Assembly: GCA_904386005.1 (NCBI GenBank)
Contig: CAJFKR010000003.1
Coordinates: forward strand, 7,587-71,586
Direction: 5' to 3'
DNA from: Candidatus Flemingiibacterium merdigallinarum
GTDB lineage: Bacteria > Bacillota > Clostridia > Oscillospirales > CAG-272
DNA: 64,000 nucleotides
This document shows positions 36,002 through 45,872 of the stretch, one piece after another. The notes under the pieces were generated by a model that was not told where the DNA came from, did not search any database, and was given only the letters and a program-made list of their open reading frames with translations. The stretch's first letter is position 1. Each line of letters begins with the position of its first letter. The translations under genes and the position numbers were made by a program.

Positions 36002-37462
36002 TTATTTTATCAATGTAAACTCAAAGCCGCAGAGCTTGGCTACATATTCAAGCTCCTTGGTTACGTCTCCCGCGACGATTCCGTAGTGCTGTGTGACGCC
36101 CTTTTCGATTATGCGACCGAACAGCTCCTCGGGCGAGAGCGTCGGGTGACGGAAATTCGCGTGCGAATAGCTTGCGAGATAGTGCTTTGTCGGCAAGCAC
36201 TCGACAGTTGTACAAACCATTTTCATCACGCCGTCACATTCGCTCATGTGCAGCATGGTCTTGAGCCCTGCCGGAAATACATACCACGCGAACGGCGCGC
36301 CGGCGTATTTCCACGCGGTTTTCGCGAATCGCTCGTCGCGCGCGATGACTACATTTTCAGGAGCTTCGCGGTAATCGTTCGGTCCGGCGTGTCCGGCTAC
36401 GAAACCGCCGTTTGCGTGATCTATGTAGAACGGCTCGATGAAGTTGGCATTTGTGCCGGCGAGCAGCTGCAATATATAGGTCGCGAGTCCGCCGCCGATG
36501 TCTCCCTCGGGTACGGTGACCATTTCGGTCGAATTGTCGGTCGGCGTGAAGCCGGGCCGGAGTCCGACATATTTGAACAGCACCGTGTCGATGTCGTTGA
36601 GCACCAGCAGGTCGATATCCGACTGCTTCGCGATTTGCTCCATCGCGTAGGACGCGCGCACCGAGGCTTTGAACTTTTCGTAGTCGACGTTAGGCATCAT
36701 GTGATAACGCGAAGCGATATTCGCGGTCAGCTCGTCGGTGAGACTGTCCGGAACGCGCGAGATTTCGTCGGTCAGCTCCTGTATGCTTAGGAAGTGAATC
36801 TCGGGTCCGATTTTCGAGAATATATTGTACGGGTCGACATATGTAGCCCACATTGCTTCGTTGTAACAGGCGAGCAGACCAAGGTTTGTCCGACGCAGCT
36901 GTGAGCGCACCTGCGCGGCTTTGGCAAAGTGTGAAAATTTCATCGCGACGTCGTCGAGCGTGCCAATGAAGGAATCGCACATCGGGCGGTCGAATCGCTT
37001 GAACGAACCGGAAGCCTCCTGCACGCCGACAAGCGCGCCGGCTGAAAGGAAGTCGATGAATTGATTCTCATCGTTCGTGTCGGTGATCGAGAGGCTGTCC
37101 CGCACGACCGATGCAAAGAATATTGGAATCGGCGGCATATCCCGCAGAAAGCGTATCCATGTGAAGTCCTCTGCCCACGACAGGTACATTGCAAACACGC
37201 AGTCGACACGTTCTAAAAAGAAGCGGTTGATCGCAGAATCGACATCAGCGCGCTCATATACGATTTTGTCGAATAATACATCGGCGAATTCGGATAAACG
37301 GCGGCGCAGGACGTCGGCTTCACCGAGCTTGCGGCTTTCGTATGTGCCGTCGGAGGTGTCCGCGCCAAGATTTCGGAAACGCTTCGCTCCGATTAATAAC
37401 AGACCGATTTTAGGACGTGATTTTAGTTCCATCTCATTTATCATTCCTTTGCTTTTATACAT
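36002..37462 (-). CDS. L-fucose/L-arabinose-isomerase-family-like sugar isomerase
   Basis: ~480 aa, cytoplasmic. The N-terminus PKIGLLLIGAKRF and overall length resemble FucI/AraA-family proteins. The assignment is from memory only. The start is 37462, 37444 or 37432. Confidence 0.45.
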   Translation of the reverse strand: MYKSKGMINEMELKSRPKIGLLLIGAKRFRNLGADTSDGTYESRKLGEADVLRRRLSEFADVLFDKIVYERADVDSAINRFFLERVDCVFAMYLSWAEDFTWIRFLRDMPPIPIFFASVVRDSLSITDTNDENQFIDFLSAGALVGVQEASGSFKRFDRPMCDSFIGTLDDVAMKFSHFAKAAQVRSQLRRTNLGLLACYNEAMWATYVDPYNIFSKIGPEIHFLSIQELTDEISRVPDSLTDELTANIASRYHMMPNVDYEKFKASVRASYAMEQIAKQSDIDLLVLNDIDTVLFKYVGLRPGFTPTDNSTEMVTVPEGDIGGGLATYILQLLAGTNANFIEPFYIDHANGGFVAGHAGPNDYREAPENVVIARDERFAKTAWKYAGAPFAWYVFPAGLKTMLHMSECDGVMKMVCTTVECLPTKHYLASYSHANFRHPTLSPEELFGRIIEKGVTQHYGIVAGDVTKELEYVAKLCGFEFTLIK

Positions 37463-37558
37463 TGAACCTATGCCGCGCTGGATGTATTCAGCTTGTCAAA
37501 ATAATATAAAACGTTCGGATGAACGCGTCAGCTGTTCATCGGAGATTTGCATATATAT

Positions 37559-37587
37559 ATTATATTACTGATATACGACTTTGTCAA
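37559..37587 (-). promoter_or_regulatory. Exact-consensus sigmaA promoter P1 of the isomerase operon
   Basis: The minus strand reads TTGACA (37587-82), 17 nt, TATAAT (37564-59). Confidence 0.7.
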
Positions 37588-37686
37588 GACAAAATTCGAA
37601 ATATATAAAAAATATTCGAATCATGGTATATAAGGAGATAGCATATCAAATCCGCCGAATGCAAACGCGGCATGTGTCTGACTGTA

Positions 37687-37724
37687 TCGACCGAAATCGG
37701 TCGAGCGAGCGAAATCGGTCGAGC
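37687..37724. promoter_or_regulatory. Palindrome plus tandem 15-mer, candidate operator between P2 and P1
   Basis: TCGACCGA-aa-TCGGTCGA (37687-704). CGAAATCGGTCGAGC is repeated at 37692-706 and 37710-724, separated by gag. Confidence 0.5.
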
Positions 37725-37738
37725 TGTTGTCTTTATAT

Positions 37739-37767
37739 ATTATATGCTCTCTGCGGGGATTTGTCAA
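37739..37767 (-). promoter_or_regulatory. Exact-consensus sigmaA promoter P2, 180 bp upstream of P1
   Basis: The minus strand reads TTGACA (37767-62), 17 nt, TATAAT (37744-39). The flanks repeat those of P1 (tatatattatat ... tttgtcaaKacaaa). Confidence 0.65.
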
Positions 37768-37870
37768 TACAAATTCCAAAATTAATAATGATAAAAAAAC
37801 TAATTACATCAAATGGCGCGCGGATTTTATAAACAAGTTCCAATGTAAAAAAATTCGCGATTATGCTTGA

Positions 37871-38599
37871 CTTTCAATTCAAAAAGATGAATATTCAGCA
37901 GCCGGCTTCTACATCAGCGCGGGCGGCACACAGATAAAGTATGACGAGAGCGGCAACCCGTCGTTTGCATTCGAGGATCAGAAGAACTACGATATTATCG
38001 AAAAGGTCGCGTCGATTATCGGCAACGAAGACGTGACCCAGAAGGCGGAAGCGCTTGCCAGCCGCAGCGGCACGTACGACATCACCGACAAGGTATACAC
38101 ATTCAAGAACGGCCATGCGCTATATCTCGGCTACGGAGCGCAGGCAATCGCGTTCTATCTGCGCGATATGAACGACGACTACGGAATCCTGCCCGTGCCG
38201 AAATATGACGAGGCGCAGGACGGATACATCACGTTCGGAAACTCGTTTGTGCCGGCGTATGTCGCTCTGCCGATGAACAACACTCGCGGCGAGATGAACG
38301 GTATTCTCTTAAACACACTCGGGTATATTTCGCAGCGCGACGTACAGCCGAATATAGTCAACGTCCTGCTCAAGGGCAAGGCGGCGCGCGATGAGGAATC
38401 GCAGCGGATGATAGATATTATATATGAAGATATTTATCTTGACATCAACAGCTGCTACAACTTCGCGCAGAGCTTCACTCTGCTGCGCGACATCACGATG
38501 GGCAAAAAGGAGAACTTCGCGTCCGAGTGGGCGAAAATCAAATCGAGCGCCGAAACCGAGATGGCGAAGCTGTATGAGCAGTTCGCCGAAATCGAATAG
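37871..38599 (+). pseudogene. 5'-truncated remnant of an SBP paralog (C-terminal ~45% only)
   Basis: The frame is open from the stop at 37868-70. AAGFYISAGGTQIKYDESGNPSFAFEDQKNYDIIEKV...YGILPVPKYDEAQDGYIT aligns with the second half of 1515..2966. There is no signal peptide, N-terminal half or RBS. Confidence 0.65.
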
Positions 38600-38683
38600 G
38601 ATTGCTCGGTCTGCGGCTTTACCTATAAAATAAGACTCTCGACTTACAAATAAGCCTCTCGACATGCAAAAAGACTTCCGGCG

Positions 38684-40048
38684 TCATTTGCCGGAAGTCT
38701 TGTCTTTTTTGAAGAAGCGGTCGGTTTCCCGCTTGATTTCAGGCAGGCTGGCCAATATCGCAGCGAGATTGACAATTGTCATTAAGCTGACCGATAGGTC
38801 GGCGAGACTCCAGACGACCGAGCCGTAAAGCGCGCCTAAAACGCAGCACAATGTGAATACGATCGGATATATATGTTTAGGACAGCGATTATTGGTAAGA
38901 TAGCTTATACTTTCGCTGCCATAATAGAACCAGCATATCAGCGTGCAGAACACGAACACGATTATTGCCGCGCATATCGGAAGATCGGCGTGCGGGATGA
39001 ATTGCCCGAACGAATCGAGCGCGTCGCGCATACCGTCGCCGGTTGGTATCACGCCCCTCCGCTGCGCGCACAACACGACGAGCGCGGTCATCGTGCAGAT
39101 TACGAGCGTGTCGATCGCTACCTCGACGATACCCCACAACCCCTGACGCGCCGGATAATCGACGTTCGCGTTGGCATGAGCCATCGGCGCGGTGCCGCAT
39201 CCGGCTTCGTTCGAAACGATACCGCGTGTCACGCCGACCGAAAGCGCGCGGCTCATAATGAAGCCGAATATTCCGCCCCTCGCCGCGTCAAAGTCAAACG
39301 CCGAGCTGAAAATCAGACTGAATACCTCGCCGAGCAGTTGGTGGTTGACTATGATAACGTACAGCGACATCGCGATATAAACAAGGCTCATCGCCGGTAT
39401 CAGCCGCACGCAGAGCGCGGAAATCCGCTTCATCCCGCCCGATATCGCCGCGAAGGTGGGGATGGCGAGCAGTATTCCGCAGAGCAGCGGGCTCATATTC
39501 GTCAGCTTTCCGAGCGATACGGCGACCGCGTTCGACTGCACGGCCGAGCCGATGGTCAAAGACGCGGCGACACAGAATATCGAGAATAGCGCGGCGGCGA
39601 TCGCCGATATCCGTTTCGCGACGCCGGTTCTGCCAAGGTCGGAGATGTAGAAATGCGCCCCGCCGCGAAAGCTGACGCCGTCTGTCTGATGGCGCCGGTG
39701 TCTGACTGCGAGGACTATTTCGGCGTATTTTATCGGCATCGCCGCGAGCGCGCTCAACCACATCCAGAATATCGCGCCCGCGCCGCCGATGTATATCGCC
39801 GACGCGACACCGGCGATATTGCCGACTCCAAGTGTCCCGGCGAGCGCGACCAGCATTGCGCCAAGCGGCGTCATGCCGGTCTGCTCGTTTGATTTATCTT
39901 TACTGAACAATGCGCGAAATGAGACGATTGGATGCAGCAGGATGAAAGGCTTTAAGTATATAATCAGAAACATCCCACAAAAAAGCACTGCAAACGCAAG
40001 TCCGGGACCGGTTATGCGACTGTTTATTATATCGAGCAGATTCCGCAT
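38684..40048 (-). CDS. Alanine/glycine:cation symporter (AGCS family)
   Basis: 454 aa, ~11 TM helices. GTLGVGNIAGVASAIYIGGAGAIFWMW is the family signature. Confidence 0.85.
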   Translation of the reverse strand: MRNLLDIINSRITGPGLAFAVLFCGMFLIIYLKPFILLHPIVSFRALFSKDKSNEQTGMTPLGAMLVALAGTLGVGNIAGVASAIYIGGAGAIFWMWLSALAAMPIKYAEIVLAVRHRRHQTDGVSFRGGAHFYISDLGRTGVAKRISAIAAALFSIFCVAASLTIGSAVQSNAVAVSLGKLTNMSPLLCGILLAIPTFAAISGGMKRISALCVRLIPAMSLVYIAMSLYVIIVNHQLLGEVFSLIFSSAFDFDAARGGIFGFIMSRALSVGVTRGIVSNEAGCGTAPMAHANANVDYPARQGLWGIVEVAIDTLVICTMTALVVLCAQRRGVIPTGDGMRDALDSFGQFIPHADLPICAAIIVFVFCTLICWFYYGSESISYLTNNRCPKHIYPIVFTLCCVLGALYGSVVWSLADLSVSLMTIVNLAAILASLPEIKRETDRFFKKDKTSGK

Positions 40049-40285
40049 AATTAATTTAATAGCCCTCGTTTGGCGAAAGCTTCCTTTCTAATAAAATCAA
40101 TCTCATATAATTATATTCGTCCGTCCGATAGAATAGACACGTTTTAGCACTCAACAATCATCCCTGACAGCAGCGTTGATATACAAGTATATGTTGTCAA
40201 ATGTAGTAATATATTAGCTACTTGGCGCAATATGACTCATTATTATGAATATTGTTAATTAACTGTAAATAATAACCTGAAACTC

Positions 40286-40314
40286 TTGATTTTCGGATTG
40301 AATGGATGTACAAT
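40286..40314 (+). promoter_or_regulatory. groESL promoter
   Basis: TTGATT (40286-91), 17 nt, TACAAT (40309-14), immediately upstream of CIRCE. Confidence 0.65.
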
Positions 40315-40326
40315 ATAGAATGTAAG

Positions 40327-40353
40327 TTAGCACTCGACAAGAAAGAGTGCTAA
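40327..40353 (+). promoter_or_regulatory. CIRCE operator (HrcA binding site)
   Basis: TTAGCACTC-gacaagaaa-GAGTGCTAA is an exact match to the CIRCE consensus with 9-nt spacing. Confidence 0.95.
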
Positions 40354-40446
40354 CAAGAAAAAATTGAAATAAATTCGTTGCGGATAGGCAAGAAGTCCAT
40401 ATCGGATATCCGTCAAACGGATATTATAATTGATTTGGGAGGATAA

Positions 40447-40737
<291 letters not shown>

Positions 40738-40750
40738 TCAACTGTACTAA

Positions 40751-42406
<1,656 letters not shown>

Positions 42407-42444
42407 TAACCGCGCGGGCGCAAGCTCAATATAAATAAGAAAAT

Positions 42445-42480
42445 AAGGTCTGTCACTAAAATGTGGCAGATCTTATTTTT
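42445..42480 (+). terminator. Rho-independent terminator after groEL
   Basis: 12-bp stem aaggtctgtcac / gtggcagatctt (two G-U pairs), followed by aTTTTTaTaT. Confidence 0.7.
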
Positions 42481-42596
42481 ATATATGCGATACGAAATAA
42501 AACGAATGGTTTCGATTTATCTTTTCTTCATATCGTGTTTTAGTGACTGCATACAGCACTGTCGTTGCTATAATTTACAGAAAGTTCACGAAAAAC

Positions 42597-42638
42597 TGAA
42601 TATAATTCATTGAATCAAATTCAATTATGCGCTATAAT
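42597..42638 (+). promoter_or_regulatory. TetR-gene promoter overlapped by two adjacent palindromes (candidate TetR operators)
   Basis: TTGAAT (42610-15), 17 nt, TATAAT (42633-38). The palindromes are TGAAT-ata-ATTCA (42597-609) and ATTGAAT-caa-ATTCAAT (42609-25). Confidence 0.6.
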
Positions 42639-42660
42639 ATATTACAGAGGAGGTGAGATA

Positions 42661-43278
42661 GTGGATGTAAAAAAAACCAACAGACAGCTGCGAGCACAAG
42701 AGACGAGGGAACGAATTGTGCAAGCCGCAAAAGCTCTGATCGCGACAAAGGGGTTTGAAGAAACTTCAATTGAAGACATAACCGCCAGAGCCGGAGTGTC
42801 TATCGGTTCGTTTTACACTTACTTCAAAAGAAAGGAGGACGTGGTTCGGGCATTAGATCAGACCGACTTTTACCGGCTGGCTGAAATAACGAACGAAATG
42901 CCGGACAAGGATATATATGAGCGGCTCTCATACTATTGCAGAAATTTTTTGAAGGACATAGAGGAGACCGGAATTGAAATATGCAGACAGTGGCTAAAAA
43001 ACAATCTTTCTCCCGTTGATATGCTGATCAGAGGCACAAAAACAACGAAATACCGATATGATTTCAGCGCTATGCAGTCAGTTCTAAACGAAGCTGTTGA
43101 ACGCGGCGAGCTATCGTCGAATACTCCGGTCGATGATCTTGCTCTCTTCATTACCGCACAGCTTTATGGGCTGATGGTGATTTGGTGTATGACCGACAGC
43201 GAAGTTACCGGTTCGGAAAAGACCGATTTGTTGTGCGAAGAAATAATAAAAAAGGCTCTAAGCGTTTATAAAATCTGA
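42661..43278 (+). CDS. TetR/AcrR-family transcriptional regulator
   Basis: GGAGG lies 7 nt before the GTG at 42661. HTH region FEETSIEDITARAGVSIGSFYTYFKRKEDV. Confidence 0.85.
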   Translation: MDVKKTNRQLRAQETRERIVQAAKALIATKGFEETSIEDITARAGVSIGSFYTYFKRKEDVVRALDQTDFYRLAEITNEMPDKDIYERLSYYCRNFLKDIEETGIEICRQWLKNNLSPVDMLIRGTKTTKYRYDFSAMQSVLNEAVERGELSSNTPVDDLALFITAQLYGLMVIWCMTDSEVTGSEKTDLLCEEIIKKALSVYKI

Positions 43279-43300
43279 TTTATATATGGAGGATATAGAA

Positions 43301-44143
43301 ATGGAATATGTAACCTTGAATAACGGAAAAAAGTGCCCGGTGATTGGGCTTGGCACGTTTATGATTTCACCGGCTGACGCCGAAGTGAGCGTGCGGGAAG
43401 CATTGAAAATGGGTTATGAGTGCGTCGACACCGCGAACGCATATTGTAACGAGAGGGCTGTTGGCCGTGGCATAAGAGCAAGCGGCGTCCAGCGGGAGAA
43501 AATATTTGTCTCCACAAAGCTCTGGGCGACCGAATATGAAAATGAAAATGCAGTGGATGAAACACTTGAACGGCTCGGGCTCGATTATGTGGATTTACTC
43601 TATATTCATCAGCCGGCCGGAAACTGGCTTTCGGGCTACAGGCTGCTTGAGAGGGCATATCGTGACGGCAAAGCTAAGGCTATTGGAATTTCCAACTTCG
43701 AAGGCAAGTATTTGGATGAGCTTTGCACAAAATGGGAAATCGTGCCGCAGTTTATGCAGGCGGAGGCGCATCCTTACTTTACGCAGCGCGAGCTGATGAA
43801 GCAGCTTGATAAATATGAGATTAAGCTAATGTCGTGGTACCCTCTGGGACATGGAGACAAGTCTCTTATTAATGAGCCGATTTTCACAAGATTAGGCGCA
43901 AAATACGGCAAAACTCCGGCGCAGATAATTCTTCGCTGGCACACACAGATGGGCTTTGTTGTCATACCCGGAAGCAGAAATGTTGATCACATCCGAGACA
44001 ATCTCGACATACTTGACTTTATGCTGACTGATGCCGAAATGACGGAAATAGGTGGGCTTAACAAGGATAAGAGATATTATATCCGCACAGACGATGCTCT
44101 TGCCGGCTTTGCCTCCTGGCAGCCTGAATACGAAAAGGCATAA
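43301..44143 (+). CDS. Aldo/keto reductase
   Basis: GLGTF, DTANAYCNERAVG, HQP and VIPGSRNVDHIRDNL motifs. GGAGG lies 8 nt before the ATG at 43301. Confidence 0.88.
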   Translation: MEYVTLNNGKKCPVIGLGTFMISPADAEVSVREALKMGYECVDTANAYCNERAVGRGIRASGVQREKIFVSTKLWATEYENENAVDETLERLGLDYVDLLYIHQPAGNWLSGYRLLERAYRDGKAKAIGISNFEGKYLDELCTKWEIVPQFMQAEAHPYFTQRELMKQLDKYEIKLMSWYPLGHGDKSLINEPIFTRLGAKYGKTPAQIILRWHTQMGFVVIPGSRNVDHIRDNLDILDFMLTDAEMTEIGGLNKDKRYYIRTDDALAGFASWQPEYEKA

Positions 44144-44227
44144 ACAAAGAATACCTCTCAACAAATATAGTTTTAGTTTAATAATTATTTTATGTTCGAA
44201 ATCTACAGCGTTGGTCGATTTGTGCTA

Positions 44228-44256
44228 TTGACAAATAACGGCATATTATTTATAAT
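44228..44256 (+). promoter_or_regulatory. Exact-consensus sigmaA promoter
   Basis: TTGACA (44228-33), 17 nt, TATAAT (44251-56). Confidence 0.7.
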
Positions 44257-44300
44257 ATTATTAAGCTGATACTTTACTTTGCTGAGAGGAGATGGAACCA

Positions 44301-45782
44301 ATGAAAAGACGTGTGGCTTCGATGCTGCTCGTTTTAGCGATGCTGCTGGTCAATACCGGCTGCGGCGGCACCGAAACTGAAACCGACACAAATGAAAGTG
44401 ACAATTCTACAAATACAACCGGCGGCGATGGCGCTGATGATTCGTCGGACGAGACGCGTATTCCCTATGATTTCCCCGAGCTTGACTGCCAGCAGGGGGA
44501 TTTCAATATCCTAAACTGCGATTTTGTTTGGGATATGTACACCTATCTTGACTTTGAAGAAATGACCGGAGAGGTGCTCGACGATGCGATATATGAACGC
44601 AACCGTTCGGTTGAAGATATGTTCAACGTCAATTTGGTGGTGGAAGACCTTCACATTGACGAACTGAACACGCGCATTCAGCAAACCGTGCTTGCGGGCG
44701 ACGACATTTACGATGTGGCGTATTCGCGCGGCGACAAGATAAATTCGATCATTGCCGGCGGATATGTGACGAATCTGTATGATGTGCCGGGACTCAATCT
44801 CGACCAGCCATGGTGGAATCAAAGCGTAATCAGCGAGGCTACTATAGGCGACGGCGACGCGGTTTATTTCGCGCTGAACGATTTTTCACTGTGCGCGTTC
44901 GACCTGGTTTGGTGCATATTCTTCAACGAAGATATGCTGACCTCTCTGGGCGGCGAGCTGCCTTACGACCTTGTGCGCGAGGGCAAATGGACGATAGACG
45001 CCATGCACGAGCTGATAAAGCTCGGCACCAACCTGAACGGCGACGCTTCCTTTACGTTTGACCGCGAAGGAAATTCTGTGTACGGACTTGCATCCTACAG
45101 CCGGCTTGTCGGCTCGCTTATGACCGGCGCCGGCGTCCGCTTCACCGAAAAGAACTCCGAGGGCTATCCGGAGCTGATTATTGAAAACGATTTATTCTAC
45201 TCCACCGCCGAGAAGCTCGCGTCGATATTCGGCACCGCAGGCGACTACATAGAAGCTAACAACAGGGAAAACGGACAGAATTACGAAATGCTGTTCGAGC
45301 AGAACCGCGCGCTGTTTTTGGGCGGCGAGATCAAGTCCGCCAGCGTTTTCCGCGATATGGAGGACAGCTTCGGAATTGTGCCGTCGCCGAAGTACGACGA
45401 ATCGCAGGAAAGCTACTACAGCTGGATGAACCACGACACGCCGACGATGTGCATCCCCGCGACGAACGCAGACCTTGAAACCACCGGCATCGTGCTCGAC
45501 GCGCTGTCGTATCTGTCATACACTGACATCCTGCCGATATACTACAGCATACGTGTTTCGCAGAAGAGCCTGCGCAATGAGGATTCAATCGAAATGCTCG
45601 GAATCATCCGCGATACGCTCTACTATGACGCGAGCCTGACCTACGGCTGGACGCTGGATTTGTACACTAAGCTTATAGGCAAGATATCTACAGGCGACAC
45701 GAACCTCGCGTCGGACATCGCAGCCGCTAAATCCTCGGTAGAGAAAAAAATCGCGACGACATTCGAACTTATGAATGATTGA
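44301..45782 (+). CDS. Solute-binding lipoprotein paralog (family-1 / LplA-like SBP)
   Basis: MKRRVASMLLVLAMLLVNTGC has a lipobox-like signal. Family motifs GEVLDDAIYERNRSVEDMFNV, QPWWNQS, NLNGD and VPSPKYDESQESY are present. The ATG at 44301 is better spaced from AGAGGAG than the one at 44292. Confidence 0.8.
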   Translation: MKRRVASMLLVLAMLLVNTGCGGTETETDTNESDNSTNTTGGDGADDSSDETRIPYDFPELDCQQGDFNILNCDFVWDMYTYLDFEEMTGEVLDDAIYERNRSVEDMFNVNLVVEDLHIDELNTRIQQTVLAGDDIYDVAYSRGDKINSIIAGGYVTNLYDVPGLNLDQPWWNQSVISEATIGDGDAVYFALNDFSLCAFDLVWCIFFNEDMLTSLGGELPYDLVREGKWTIDAMHELIKLGTNLNGDASFTFDREGNSVYGLASYSRLVGSLMTGAGVRFTEKNSEGYPELIIENDLFYSTAEKLASIFGTAGDYIEANNRENGQNYEMLFEQNRALFLGGEIKSASVFRDMEDSFGIVPSPKYDESQESYYSWMNHDTPTMCIPATNADLETTGIVLDALSYLSYTDILPIYYSIRVSQKSLRNEDSIEMLGIIRDTLYYDASLTYGWTLDLYTKLIGKISTGDTNLASDIAAAKSSVEKKIATTFELMND

Positions 45783-45825
45783 CCATCTAACGACGCGATT
45801 TCTGACGCCATTATATCAAACGACG

Positions 45826-45856
45826 AAAAACAACCGCGGAATTCCGCGGTTGTTTT
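45826..45856. terminator. Bidirectional terminator between convergent genes
   Basis: Perfect palindrome aaaaacaaccgcgg-aatt-ccgcggttgtttt, with an A-run and a T-run on either side. Confidence 0.8.
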
Positions 45857-45872
45857 AATTTACTTTATTATA

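Noticed and set aside
37692-37724. Tandem 15-mer considered as a possible CRISPR or mini-array
   Set aside because: There are only two copies separated by 3 bp, with no spacers and no cas genes. It fits an operator or repeat, not CRISPR.
37581-37832. 83-aa plus-strand ORF (TTG start) across the duplicated promoter region
   Set aside because: It starts inside the reverse complement of a -35 box and spans direct repeats and AT-rich DNA with no RBS. It is most likely spurious.
40144-40152. Second TTAGCACTC CIRCE half-site ~180 bp upstream of the real CIRCE
   Set aside because: The right arm (GAGTGCTAA) is missing at the 9-nt spacing, so this is probably not a functional HrcA site. I note it only as a possible remnant.
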